The notes below the pieces were generated by a model. That model was not told where the DNA came from, made no database searches, and saw only the letters and a program-made list of their open reading frames with translations. Made by a program: the position numbers and the translations under genes. 64,000 nucleotides of DNA from NCBI GenBank assembly GCA_030603365.1, contig JAUVXV010000001.1, positions 608,001-672,000 of the forward strand. Direction: 5' to 3'. Origin of the DNA: Candidatus Heimdallarchaeota archaeon. GTDB lineage: Archaea; Asgardarchaeota; Heimdallarchaeia; Heimdallarchaeales; Heimdallarchaeaceae. Below, in pieces: positions 38,156 to 48,598 of the stretch (the first letter of the stretch is position 1; the number at the start of each line of letters is the position of its first letter).

Positions 38156-38207
38156 CCTTTTGTAAAAGGGTGTGTAGAACGTCGCACAGGCGGTTCTAGA
38201 AAAAAGA

Positions 38208-41138
38208 TTAGTTTGGAGGTGTTTTCCTAATTTGTGGTCTTACTCTAGGTATTATGATAACTGTAAGAATAATTAGAGCAGATATCCAAATTGCAGCCGT
38301 TTCAATAGTGGGTAAAGCATCCCAAAAGGGAACATTATTGAAAATTCTTATTCGTCCATCAGTCGGTGTATGGTCTACTAATTTGAGTGGTACATAAAGG
38401 AAATATTCTCCATATTGTGTAAATGTATAGGTAAATTCATACTTGTTTGATACTGCATTGAATTCCAGTTCGATATATTCGATGAGATTGTCTGGCATTA
38501 GCAGATCTGCATTAAGAACTGCTCCCCCTTGTGTGTAGACTGTACCGTTTTTGAGAGTTATTTCAATAGCAAAATCTATGGACTGTCTTATCATTATATC
38601 GACGGGATTGTTTTCAAGATATAGCTGTGGTCTATGTGTATCAATTAGCCAATCAAAAGTTTCATTCACTAGAAGAAGGTTATTTGCATCTAGTTTGAAT
38701 ATTCCTTTGTATTGAGAGCCTAATCCCACTCTTTGAGGATTTGTTTCAAGTGTATCTGGTAAGAGCCCATGATCTGTAAATGGATAACCTGAACCAAACA
38801 CCATTATTCGTCCATTATTTACCTCCTTAGCCAAAGCTGTATCAAAAATGTAAATTTTATCATTAATTATGATTTCTGGTGTTCTAGCTAATACTGTGTC
38901 ATTTGGATCATTATCTTCTGTAAAGTGAAGCATTTTACCCCAGAACATGAAAGAATCTACAGTAAGCATAGATGCCTCTTCAGTAGTGTAAACTTCGTAA
39001 GGTACATTTACAGGAACGGTCTCCCAAACCGTAATATTGAAACGATCGAGAAACTCATCACACGTGTAATAATTGCTCGATATTAATGGAGAACCCTCAA
39101 TAGATTCAACATCTATAAACCTGATACTGTCAATTAAAAATAGAAGCGAACCTCCCGTACTTACAAAATTGTAAATATCATCTATCTCTTGACTCGTAAA
39201 ATTCAGCTCTGGATCTGAAATAACTAAGATATTAACATCTGTGAAATTATAATCGCCGCTAGTATGAGTTCTAATTCTGAAACTTCTATCTTTTAGAATT
39301 CTTGTCAAATGCATATGAGTACCATAAGGTGTAGATGCATCGAACCATCTATTCAGAGTGTCGTTTTCGTGGGAAATATCAAATAATACTGTTCCTCCTA
39401 AAGGTCGTGTTATTATATCAAATAAAATGAAACTATTAATTCCTGTAAATCCAGAACCTGAAATACCCAAATGACCCTGTACATTTCTCATTCTAGTATT
39501 CATAGGAATAGTAAAAGTTACATTAATGTGATTCCAACCTTCATAGATAAAGATATTTTGTGCATATTCTAAAAATTCATCTGGGACTTGCTGATGTTCT
39601 AGTATAATCATTCCATCTGAGGATGAGATTAGTTTAACTTGAAACTCGAAACTTTCTCCCTCAACACATGCATAATAATATTCATTTTCAGAGGAAATTC
39701 TTCTTGGAAGAGTTGCGAAAATTCCAGTAGGTCCGTAAAGACTTAGAGCGTCATAAGCTGCTACTGGATTGATTATTCCATTCCCTTGATAGACTATGGG
39801 ATGTCCCAAGTCATCTGCTGAACCAATTACTGCTGCCTCATAAGCATGTGGACTCAAACCAGGGAATGCACCTATAAGAAGGGCCATTACTCCTGAAACG
39901 ATTGGAGCTGATACTGAAGTACCAGAAACCCATCTAGAACCACCATCCTCTGCATCACTTCCTTGTATTGCTATACCTGGAGCAAGTACATCAACTCCTG
40001 CTGAGAAATTCTGGTTCAAACCTTTGGAAGTAAAGATTGTTAGATCGTTCAGTCCATCTGAAGCACCAACAGAAATTACATGATCCCATATTGCAGGAGC
40101 TCCTACAGAACCTCCAGAAGGACCATAATTTCCTGCAGAAGCAATTATTGGAATGTCATTTCTAGCGGCTTCATACACTAGTTCCTCTATAGGATCTCCT
40201 GTTTCAGCGAAAGTAACTGAAGTAAGACTTGCAGAGATTAAATCAGGTGCTTGATTTATTGCTTCATCAAAACCAATTATAAGCCATTCATCTTTTCCAG
40301 ATCCTGTTTGATTTAATACTTTGATATTAATTAATCGAGCATCAGGTGCAATACCATAATCTTCAGTTTCAATAATATCTCCATTTTCATCACGGTATTT
40401 TCCATTTCCTGCAAGAATAGTGGCAACATGGGTCCCATGACCACTGAAATCTGCTTGATCTTCTAATCCTGGAACAGGTGTTATATCAAGAATTACTTTA
40501 GGTTCATCATAATTCAACAGGCCATCTAATGCAGGTACTTTAGAAGTATTCAATCCACTATCTAGAATTGCTACTATAACACCATAACCGGTATGATTCG
40601 CATCATGGATGGTATCTATTTGCAATGCTTCTCTGAGCTCTGCTAGATTGACCAATCCTGGAAATTCCATATCAATATTCATTGGAACTACATACTCGTA
40701 AGTTCCTATTGGGTAAGTATATTTAATCTCAAAATTATTGAAATCAATTTGATTGAGAAAACTATCTATATAACTAATAATAATTGCAGGGATTGATTTG
40801 AATACACGTTCTACATTTATACCGTGATTAATTGCATCCCTTGCAAAGAAATCTCTATCTTCAGTAGTAAAAAATGAGATCATTGCTCTGTTGTCATATT
40901 CGACAAGATTTGATAGGACTACATGAGTTCTTAATGATTCTGACCATCTTTGATCATGTAAAATATTTTGTGCTTTTATTATGGTGTAGGGGTTTGCTTG
41001 TTTATCTTCTACAGTTGTTTGGAATGGAGCTATTTGAAATCCAGTCGATGCATCGTTTGCACCAAATATTAGGTTATAAGTTGGGACTGGGAGAGCTAAA
41101 AATAAAAGAAACAACAAAACGAATGGCTTACTCTTCAT
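38208..41138 (-). CDS. Membrane-anchored S8 subtilase, Site-1 protease (SKI-1/MBTPS1)-like architecture
   Basis: Catalytic motifs AILDSG, GHGTHVA, SAGN, SGTSV; then a VLFDISH..LVISDPE..F...EI....FV..GGSL domain and C-terminal TM. Confidence 0.85.
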   Translation of the reverse strand: MKSKPFVLLFLLFLALPVPTYNLIFGANDASTGFQIAPFQTTVEDKQANPYTIIKAQNILHDQRWSESLRTHVVLSNLVEYDNRAMISFFTTEDRDFFARDAINHGINVERVFKSIPAIIISYIDSFLNQIDFNNFEIKYTYPIGTYEYVVPMNIDMEFPGLVNLAELREALQIDTIHDANHTGYGVIVAILDSGLNTSKVPALDGLLNYDEPKVILDITPVPGLEDQADFSGHGTHVATILAGNGKYRDENGDIIETEDYGIAPDARLINIKVLNQTGSGKDEWLIIGFDEAINQAPDLISASLTSVTFAETGDPIEELVYEAARNDIPIIASAGNYGPSGGSVGAPAIWDHVISVGASDGLNDLTIFTSKGLNQNFSAGVDVLAPGIAIQGSDAEDGGSRWVSGTSVSAPIVSGVMALLIGAFPGLSPHAYEAAVIGSADDLGHPIVYQGNGIINPVAAYDALSLYGPTGIFATLPRRISSENEYYYACVEGESFEFQVKLISSSDGMIILEHQQVPDEFLEYAQNIFIYEGWNHINVTFTIPMNTRMRNVQGHLGISGSGFTGINSFILFDIITRPLGGTVLFDISHENDTLNRWFDASTPYGTHMHLTRILKDRSFRIRTHTSGDYNFTDVNILVISDPELNFTSQEIDDIYNFVSTGGSLLFLIDSIRFIDVESIEGSPLISSNYYTCDEFLDRFNITVWETVPVNVPYEVYTTEEASMLTVDSFMFWGKMLHFTEDNDPNDTVLARTPEIIINDKIYIFDTALAKEVNNGRIMVFGSGYPFTDHGLLPDTLETNPQRVGLGSQYKGIFKLDANNLLLVNETFDWLIDTHRPQLYLENNPVDIMIRQSIDFAIEITLKNGTVYTQGGAVLNADLLMPDNLIEYIELEFNAVSNKYEFTYTFTQYGEYFLYVPLKLVDHTPTDGRIRIFNNVPFWDALPTIETAAIWISALIILTVIIIPRVRPQIRKTPPN

Positions 41139-41303
41139 AAATATAGAATGAGTTTGTGACTTTTAGATTTTTCCCTAGTATTAATCGAAGATGTGATTAT
41201 TTTTGTCAGTAATAATGATATCTCCCTCTTTTTCTCTCCTAAATACTTTGAAATGGAAATGCTTATATTCAAACAAATGGGATGGCTTCCAAGGTGAAAA
41301 GCT

Positions 41304-41708
41304 ATGCCTTATCAATGGTTAAAACGTTCTCGTAGAAAATTATCTGGTGGCCTCATTCGTCGCTCATCTTCAAAGAAGAAAAGAGATATGGGAAGATATC
41401 CAGCTGAAACTCAAATTGGTCCAAGAAAATTAAAACATATTAGAACAAGAGGAGGAAACTTCAAACATCGTGTTCTTACAGCTGAGGAAGCTATTGTCCT
41501 AGATCAATCAACAGGTGTCAGTGAGAAAGTCAAAATACTAAATGTACTAGAAAACAGAGCCAACAGAGAATATGCCCGACGTCGAATTATCACAAAGGGT
41601 TGTGTTATTGATACAGCGCTTGGCAAAGCACGTGTGACCAGCAGACCTGGACAACATGGTGTTATTAACTGTATTTTGATTGATAAGAAGGAAGATAAGG
41701 ACAAGTAA
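41304..41708 (+). CDS. rps8e: 30S ribosomal protein eS8
   Basis: SGG, RTRGGN, RRIITKG, ARVTSRPGQHG. Confidence 0.97.
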   Translation: MPYQWLKRSRRKLSGGLIRRSSSKKKRDMGRYPAETQIGPRKLKHIRTRGGNFKHRVLTAEEAIVLDQSTGVSEKVKILNVLENRANREYARRRIITKGCVIDTALGKARVTSRPGQHGVINCILIDKKEDKDK

Positions 41709-41749
41709 ATCTTCCAAATCTTTAATAATTAATTTAAAAAGGCTATATT

Positions 41750-42097
41750 ATGTTACGCAAAAAGCGTCACTTTGTTCTTTATCCTGAATATTTTGATAAA
41801 CAACTTTCAAGAAAGCAGGGAAGAAAAGTTCCAAAAAGTAAAGCCGTAAGTGAATGTAATTTGTCAAAAATAGCTTATGCTTGTAAATATCTTGAGTTAG
41901 AATATGAAGTTGAAAAAGACAAAAAATATTCTAAAAATTGGTGGGGAAGTGAAGGCAGGATAATAGTCAATCCTGAAGGTGTTGCTAGTAAAACCGATTT
42001 AATTAGAAGAGTATCCAATATCTCAAGAAAACTGAAGAAAACTGAGAAAACAACAAATACCAAAAAAGGGAAATCTTCAGTCAAACCTAAAAAGTAG
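41750..42097 (+). CDS. srp19: Signal recognition particle 19 kDa protein
   Basis: LYPEYFD..LSRKQGRKVP, KKY..WW..GR. Confidence 0.92.
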   Translation: MLRKKRHFVLYPEYFDKQLSRKQGRKVPKSKAVSECNLSKIAYACKYLELEYEVEKDKKYSKNWWGSEGRIIVNPEGVASKTDLIRRVSNISRKLKKTEKTTNTKKGKSSVKPKK

Positions 42098-42120
42098 TTT
42101 TTACCATTAGAGGGATATCG

Positions 42121-42435
42121 ATGGAACGTGATAGAATAACAAAACTTGGCAATATCAATTTCTTTTCAGACTTAAGACTAGCTATAATAAAAGATCCTCC
42201 TAAATTACCTAAAATTAGATCTCATGTTGTAAATGAAAAAATGGAGCACATAGGTAATGTCAATGATATCTTTGGTCCTGTAAAGTCCCCATATGTTAGT
42301 ATCAGAATTAAAGAACAGTTTAGAGATATGTTATCTACTGAAACAATCCTTTATGTTCTTGAAAAACCACAACGACAAGTAAGGCAACAGAAACGTAAAT
42401 ATTCTCAGAAGAAATCTCGTTATACTAAAAAGTAG
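42121..42435 (+). CDS. gar1: H/ACA RNP protein Gar1
   Basis: IGNVNDIFGPVKSPYVSI. Confidence 0.92.
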   Translation: MERDRITKLGNINFFSDLRLAIIKDPPKLPKIRSHVVNEKMEHIGNVNDIFGPVKSPYVSIRIKEQFRDMLSTETILYVLEKPQRQVRQQKRKYSQKKSRYTKK

Positions 42436-42637
42436 AACACTTAAATTTGGAGACATTACTTTTTTTGTCGCCATTAAAGTCTAATTTTTAGAATCATTTT
42501 CATTTTGAAAAATCAGAAAAATCTTTGAGCGGTATTAACACTTAAATATGCTGTTACGGTATGTATATACAGACGATAGGGTTGTTGTATAGAGCTTATT
42601 CTGTTAGTGAATAGAATCGATGACAATCTGCTGGTGA

Positions 42638-43099
42638 ATGATTAGAATGATTCCATTGCAAAGGATAAAAACTGAAAAAAACTATAGCATAGCTTTAGGT
42701 GATGAAATAATAGAACTTATTGACAGAACTTCAAAAAAACAGTTGCTGTATAGAGAAGTCTTAGATCTTTTAGGAAATCATGATACTATCATTCACAAGA
42801 TTGACGAACTACTTTACACAAACAAAATTCTCAAAATTCCTATAGAGATAGGAAATGTAAAGGATTATGTTCTTCTTATTCCAACGAAAAAAGAAACAGG
42901 ATGGATGACAATGATATGTCCCTGTTTTACCTGCGATAGAATTGATGAATGTGCAGTTAATAACCCTGTTAATCCAGTTTCATGTAGACTGTATAATGAA
43001 TGGTTAATTGAAGAAGATGAATCCAATGCAATAAAACCTTTCAAATTCGTAGAATTTGATATACTGGATGATGATGAGATTAAGATACCAGCCAAATAA
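42638..43099 (+). CDS. Rpc34/TFE-beta-like protein with C-terminal Fe-S cluster motif
   Basis: PCFTC.....C.....VNPVSC..YNEWL; conserved position downstream of rps8e-srp19-gar1. Confidence 0.75.
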   Translation: MIRMIPLQRIKTEKNYSIALGDEIIELIDRTSKKQLLYREVLDLLGNHDTIIHKIDELLYTNKILKIPIEIGNVKDYVLLIPTKKETGWMTMICPCFTCDRIDECAVNNPVNPVSCRLYNEWLIEEDESNAIKPFKFVEFDILDDDEIKIPAK

Positions 43100-43169
43100 T
43101 CATCAATTTTAAAACAACGGACGTAATTTTTATCAATAGTTATTTTCAATGAATCCTAAATAACCTTAT

Positions 43170-43766
43170 GTGAACACTTTGAGTGACGATTTTTATTATA
43201 AAAAAGCCAAATACAGCGGTTTTCGATCAAGAGCATCTTATAAGTTATTAGAATTGAATGATAAATTTAAATTTCTCAAAAGAAATCAATTTGTAGTTGA
43301 CTTAGGAGCTGCTCCAGGAGGATGGACTCAAGTTGCAGCAAAAAAGATAGGGAAAGAGGGTACAGTCTTAGCAATAGATAAAGCTTACATTGAACCTTTC
43401 AAAGAGAATAATGTCATAATTCTTCATGCGGATATTTTCAATGCGAAATTGGCAACTGAAATAACCAAAACTTATGGTCTTGTTGATGTTCTCATTTCTG
43501 ACTGTGCACCCAATATCTCAGGACAATATAGTAAGGATCACTCTATTCAATCTATGTTAGTACAAAGAGCTCTTGAATTAGCAAAAGATATTCTAAGGAA
43601 TGATGGTAGTTTTGCTTGTAAGCTTTTTCAGGGAAGTGAAACACAAGACATTATTAAAGAGGCCAAAGAAACATTTGTAGTGGTTAAGTTGTATAAACCG
43701 AAAGCATCTAGAAAACGCAGTTCTGAAATCTATCTTTTTGGTTCACAGTTGAAAGGTGGAGAATAA
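43170..43766 (+). CDS. rlmE: 23S rRNA Um2552 methyltransferase RlmE (FtsJ)
   Basis: RSRASYKL, DLGAAPGGWTQ, SDCAPN, KPKASR..SSE. Confidence 0.95.
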   Translation: MNTLSDDFYYKKAKYSGFRSRASYKLLELNDKFKFLKRNQFVVDLGAAPGGWTQVAAKKIGKEGTVLAIDKAYIEPFKENNVIILHADIFNAKLATEITKTYGLVDVLISDCAPNISGQYSKDHSIQSMLVQRALELAKDILRNDGSFACKLFQGSETQDIIKEAKETFVVVKLYKPKASRKRSSEIYLFGSQLKGGE

Positions 43767-44964
43767 AACAATTAGAGGCAAAAATATGTCAACTAATAAC
43801 AATATGTGGAAGAATGTTGAGGAAGGAAAAACAACAATCATCACATTGAACGATGCTGCAAGAATATACGATTCATTAGTGTTTTATAATCCTAGAATGG
43901 TAATTAATAGAGATTTAACCCTACTTATGCTAGAAGCAATTTATTCATTGGAAAATGAACCTTTGACAATTATTGACCCTCTCGCTGGAACTGGTATTAG
44001 GAGTTTTAGAATATTAGAAGAAATACAACCAGAAGTAATTAAACAGATTATAGTAAGTGATAAGAATCCTAAAGCAGTAGAAATTATTGAAAAAAATGCA
44101 TTAAATCTCAAAAATAAAGATAAACTTAGAATTCAGAAAGCTGATGCATATGAGTTTATTGCACAATTGATGAACGAAAGAGTATATCCTGATATTATCG
44201 ATATTGATCCTTTTGGGTCTCCTATAAGATTCATTGAAATTTCCCTCAAAGCTTTACAAAAAAAACAAGGTTACCTTTTTGCGACCGCAACAGATTTACA
44301 AGTCTTATGTGCAAAGTATTCAGATGCATGTTTTCGAATATACAATGCTCACCCAACCAGATATCATCTGTGTCATGAGGTAGCTCTAAGAATTCTGATT
44401 TACAATGCTTTGATAAGTGCTGGTAGATTGGGCGTTGCAATTAAACCTATTTTAAGCATTAATCATGAACATTTCTTACGAATTAAATTAAAGATTCTGG
44501 AAAGTAAAGAAGAAGCTAATTCTCAGCATAAGGAACAAGGGCAAGTTCATTTTTGCCCAAGGTGCTCATACTATCAAATTATTAGACTTAAAGAAAGCTT
44601 CAACTTAGATGCATGTCCAATTTGTGAATCGAATTTGGAAATAGCAGGACCTTTATGGTTAGGCACACTTCACGATAAGAAATATATCCAAGAAATGCTC
44701 AAAATAATGGATCAAAAAGATTTACCTTCACAAGATCAGATTAAGAAGATTCTATCAATAATCTTAGAGGAAGAAGACAATCCTTTTTTTTATTATCTAC
44801 CTTATATGTTAAGGCAAATTAAGAAAAAAGGTGTGTCGAGACAACAAATAATTGAAGGACTCTTAGATGAAGGATTTAAAGCATCCAGAACAATTTTCGA
44901 CCCAGAAGGTTTAAAGACAAATGCAACTTACACTGAGATATTAGAATTGATTCAAAAGTACTAA
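43756..44964 (+). CDS. trm1: tRNA (guanine-26-N2)-dimethyltransferase
   Basis: VFYNPRM..NRD, GTGIRS, DIDPFGSP, TATD, E..LRIL, GPLWLG. Confidence 0.95.
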   Translation: MENKTIRGKNMSTNNNMWKNVEEGKTTIITLNDAARIYDSLVFYNPRMVINRDLTLLMLEAIYSLENEPLTIIDPLAGTGIRSFRILEEIQPEVIKQIIVSDKNPKAVEIIEKNALNLKNKDKLRIQKADAYEFIAQLMNERVYPDIIDIDPFGSPIRFIEISLKALQKKQGYLFATATDLQVLCAKYSDACFRIYNAHPTRYHLCHEVALRILIYNALISAGRLGVAIKPILSINHEHFLRIKLKILESKEEANSQHKEQGQVHFCPRCSYYQIIRLKESFNLDACPICESNLEIAGPLWLGTLHDKKYIQEMLKIMDQKDLPSQDQIKKILSIILEEEDNPFFYYLPYMLRQIKKKGVSRQQIIEGLLDEGFKASRTIFDPEGLKTNATYTEILELIQKY

Positions 44965-44973
44965 TAGTTAGAG

Positions 44974-45666
44974 GTGGAACTAATCTCAGAGAAAAATACT
45001 ATCATAGTTGGAATCGATGAAGCTGGAAGGGGCCCTGTAATAGGTCCAATGGTATTATGTGCATATGCAATTGATAAGAACAAGGAAAAAGAATTAACAA
45101 AAATTGGTGTGAAAGATTCTAAAGTTCTATCATCTAAAAAGAGAGTATCGCTTTATCCAATGATAGAGAAATTAAGTTCCAAAATAGCAGTTAAACATCT
45201 TTCTGCAGCTGAAATAGATGAATTAAGAAAGAGACATACTCTTAATGAAATTGAACAGAAAATAATGATAAAACTTGTAAAAGATTTGAAATTTATTCCA
45301 GGTGAAATATACATAGATGCTGCCGATGTTAATGCGGAAAGATTTGGAGAGGCATTCAAGAGGGAGTTCCCAAGTTCGAAGGTCATATCTAGACATCAAG
45401 CTGATAAATATTATCCAGTAGTTTCCGCAGCTTCAGTAATGGCAAAAGTGCAAAGAGATCAGGTCATAGAAAAACTATCTAAGGAAATTGGTGAGGATTT
45501 AGGATCTGGCTATCCAGCTGATCCAAAGACCAAAAAATTCTTGAGAACATATTATTCCAAAAATAAGAAATTTCCACCTTTTGTGAGAGAATCTTGGGAT
45601 ACTGCTAAAAAATTAAAGAAGGAATTCTCTCAAACCAAAAAACTCTCAGATTTTCTAGAAAAATAA
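44974..45666 (+). CDS. rnhB: Ribonuclease HII
   Basis: GIDEAGRGPVIG, DSK, VSAAS.MAKV.RD, GSGYPAD. Confidence 0.97.
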   Translation: MELISEKNTIIVGIDEAGRGPVIGPMVLCAYAIDKNKEKELTKIGVKDSKVLSSKKRVSLYPMIEKLSSKIAVKHLSAAEIDELRKRHTLNEIEQKIMIKLVKDLKFIPGEIYIDAADVNAERFGEAFKREFPSSKVISRHQADKYYPVVSAASVMAKVQRDQVIEKLSKEIGEDLGSGYPADPKTKKFLRTYYSKNKKFPPFVRESWDTAKKLKKEFSQTKKLSDFLEK

Positions 45667-45670
45667 CTTC

Positions 45671-46303
45671 TCAATCTGTTTCTTGGTTTCTTCTTTTTTT
45701 GAAAATTACAGGAAACAAAAATCCTGTTAAGAGTCCAATGGCATGAGCCACAACGTTTGTATTAATACCAACAGTCATTACAAGGAATATTACACCAATC
45801 CCAAGATACACCCAGAGTTTTTTATCTTTCTCTTCTTGGTAGATGATAATTACATCTGCTCCCAATAAACCAAAGACCCCTCCACTTGCTCCAGCTGAAA
45901 GAGTTCCAGCACCAAATGTGAGTGTTAGTAAACCTCCCATTAACCCAGAAATTAGGAATACAAAATAGTACTGCCATGAAAACAGATGGTCTTCTAACTT
46001 CAATCCAAAAATAAGTAAGAATAAACTATTAGAAACTAAATGGAGCCAGTCAAAGTGGACAAAGATTGAACTAATTAATTGATATACATGTCCTTGATAC
46101 ACCAGCGCATTGGCTTGACCCACTTTAATTAGTAGATCTTCAGAAATATAATAAAAGGCATCAAAATTAATATCTGAAGCCTGTACTAGAGTAATTATCC
46201 ATAATGTAATATGTACAACAAAGATGATTATCAATATATTTCTAGTAGGTAGATTAATCTTCCAGAAAGAATTAAATGAATATTTTTCAGTTTCTTCAGT
46301 CAC
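45671..46303 (-). CDS. Rhomboid intramembrane serine protease
   Basis: FVH...HLVSN, GASG catalytic Ser, AHAIG catalytic His. Confidence 0.92.
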   Translation of the reverse strand: MTEETEKYSFNSFWKINLPTRNILIIIFVVHITLWIITLVQASDINFDAFYYISEDLLIKVGQANALVYQGHVYQLISSIFVHFDWLHLVSNSLFLLIFGLKLEDHLFSWQYYFVFLISGLMGGLLTLTFGAGTLSAGASGGVFGLLGADVIIIYQEEKDKKLWVYLGIGVIFLVMTVGINTNVVAHAIGLLTGFLFPVIFKKRRNQETD

Positions 46304-46352
46304 AGTTTATAAGAAAAGAATGGTATTAAAATTGTTTTTATTGAAAAGAAAA

Positions 46353-47888
46353 TTAAGAAGAGATTTTACTCTTCTCAATTGAATAATAGACACAGGATTC
46401 TACTCCCTCACTAATTATTGCTTTTCTTGCTTTAACGAAGCCTACAATAGTACTAAAGAATAAACCTATCATAAGAAATATAATAGCAACTCCTAGTGAA
46501 ACAATTGGTCCAATTAGATGCTCTATTATAAGTTGGTTTTGTGTAAGCCCTTGAAATTGATAACTAATTCGTAGAATAGCTAGTGGTAATGTACCTAGAA
46601 GCACTATGAATGCTCCAATTATCAAACCTATGAATAGCTTAATTGGTGATAGTTTTAATGGCTTATCAGAAGCTTGAGGGAGCTCAATTCTAGCATTGTC
46701 TTTCTTAATTGCATTTACAATATTCGAAAAGGAGCTTGGTAACATAAAGGCAGTAAGATTCAGATTAACTACTATGGTTAACAAAGCTAGTCCAATACCT
46801 ACGAAAAGCAAAGCTAAACTAATTGCCCTACCTGGTTTTATAAGCATTTTAAGAGGGACTGCTCCAAGTAGTGTTTCTTGAAAAGCTTGATAGGTAGCAA
46901 TTACAAAGAAGAAAACAAACATCCACATTAATCCTGCAGAGGCAAAAGAATGTACTACTGTTGTTATTTTCAAAGGATTTTCAATTGTAGGAACATCCAT
47001 TTCGGCAATTTCCTCAACAGTTTTTCCTAATTGGGTTCTTTGCCTCCTCAACAACTTTATGATTTTTAATAACCAATAACTTATCGCAAATAGTAATATT
47101 GCTATTCCTAGAAAAATCCAAGTGTCCCATAATAACGCATTCAAACCAACAGGTGTCACATATGTTGGTGAGTAGTTAACAGCGTAGTGCATTGCTCTAA
47201 TTATAGCAACTGGTAATAGTGCAGATCCTGTAACAATCATACCTGTTATTGTAACAATCTTTGTCCATTTTGGAATTAGGTTCTTAGGTTGTAGTTTTTC
47301 TAAATCCTTTTCTCCTTTAACCAATGCTTTCAATCTTTTGGGTAATTCATTGACTTGAATACCCAAATTTAGTACTATTGTAGCTAGACCAAAAGCAATA
47401 CCTCCTATTAGAAAAGCAACCCCTAATCCTTCAATTGGGACAGTAATTATTTCATATATATGATCAGCGAATTCATTACCATTAATTCCAGCTATTATCC
47501 AAAATATCATTAAAACTGCTGCTACTAATTCAAAGAGTATTCCTGTAATAAGGAAGATTGGAAAACTTTTAGCAAAGAATGGTATCGCAGGTTTGTCTAA
47601 TTTTAGACCGGCTTTCTTAAAACTCACAGTTGCATTTTCACCTGTTTGTTTTATATTTCTCACTATTATCACAATAGCAAAACCTATCCCTAGTTTCAGA
47701 AATCCTAATCCTAATAGTGGAATAATTTCTAAGAATCTCTTCAGTACTATCTCAACTACTGTACCTTGTATTGTAGCTTCATTAATCGTTCTCCAAATCC
47801 CTAATCCCAATGATATAAGTACAAGAGAAAAACCAAAGAAAAGAATCTCTTTATATCTTTTGAACATTTTTTCCATCATTTTAATCAT
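46353..47888 (-). CDS. Polytopic membrane protein with internal repeats
   Basis: GI.F/L.(L/I)..IV.N(L/I) motif occurs three times. Confidence 0.6.
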   Translation of the reverse strand: MIKMMEKMFKRYKEILFFGFSLVLISLGLGIWRTINEATIQGTVVEIVLKRFLEIIPLLGLGFLKLGIGFAIVIIVRNIKQTGENATVSFKKAGLKLDKPAIPFFAKSFPIFLITGILFELVAAVLMIFWIIAGINGNEFADHIYEIITVPIEGLGVAFLIGGIAFGLATIVLNLGIQVNELPKRLKALVKGEKDLEKLQPKNLIPKWTKIVTITGMIVTGSALLPVAIIRAMHYAVNYSPTYVTPVGLNALLWDTWIFLGIAILLFAISYWLLKIIKLLRRQRTQLGKTVEEIAEMDVPTIENPLKITTVVHSFASAGLMWMFVFFFVIATYQAFQETLLGAVPLKMLIKPGRAISLALLFVGIGLALLTIVVNLNLTAFMLPSSFSNIVNAIKKDNARIELPQASDKPLKLSPIKLFIGLIIGAFIVLLGTLPLAILRISYQFQGLTQNQLIIEHLIGPIVSLGVAIIFLMIGLFFSTIVGFVKARKAIISEGVESCVYYSIEKSKISS

Positions 47889-47979
47889 CCTTGTTTTAAA
47901 AAAACCATGTTTCCTCTCCTCTCCTCAAAAAAATAAGATAGAGAGAAAGTATAGAATTTCAATTCTTTAGTTCTTAAGA

Positions 47980-48402
47980 TTAGCGTCCGAAATTTGGTGC
48001 AGGTAATCCATTCTTCTCTGCGATTTTCTTCATTAGATTAGTTAGCATAGTGAGTTTATCTTCACCCATTTGTTGAGCAGTTTCAAGAGTAGTTTTCATA
48101 TCTACCATATGAATTTTTTCTCCAACCATTTTACCAGCTTTCATACGTCCAAGAATGATAGCATCCTTCTCTTCAGGGCTTAATCCCATTAGTATTTTTG
48201 TTCGTGTTGCAATAAATTGCTTCATTTTCTTCTCCTTTAGACTTGTAACAGCTGTTATCAGTCCAGCTAGAGATTTTACTCTTTGTTCTTCTGGTTGCCC
48301 AGCAATCATTTTCAACCTTTGAGTTAACATCTGTTGTCTTTGCTCTTCAGGAGCATCAGCCAACATTTTAATCATATCATCCATATCATTCATTTTAATC
48401 AC
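47980..48402 (-). CDS. Met-rich helical hypothetical protein
   Basis: PEEQR/PEEK repeats, high Met content. Confidence 0.6.
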   Translation of the reverse strand: MIKMNDMDDMIKMLADAPEEQRQQMLTQRLKMIAGQPEEQRVKSLAGLITAVTSLKEKKMKQFIATRTKILMGLSPEEKDAIILGRMKAGKMVGEKIHMVDMKTTLETAQQMGEDKLTMLTNLMKKIAEKNGLPAPNFGR

Positions 48403-48598
48403 ATTATAAGTAATTTTTCAAATAATACATTACCTGAATTTTTATTTAAACTATCTGGAACCACAAAATTTCTGAAAAATAAGGCCTTATCCAATTGTGA
48501 GTAACTATACTACATTTGTGGTCTCTCTTGAAGTGCTTTACGAGAAATATTGAAGAAAATAACAATAGAAAAAGATTAACATCTATTTTAATCAATAA

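Noticed and set aside
48460-48522. ACCACAAA / TTTGTGGT inverted pair
   Set aside because: Only 8 bp with a ~47-nt spacer in AT-rich DNA; insufficient support.
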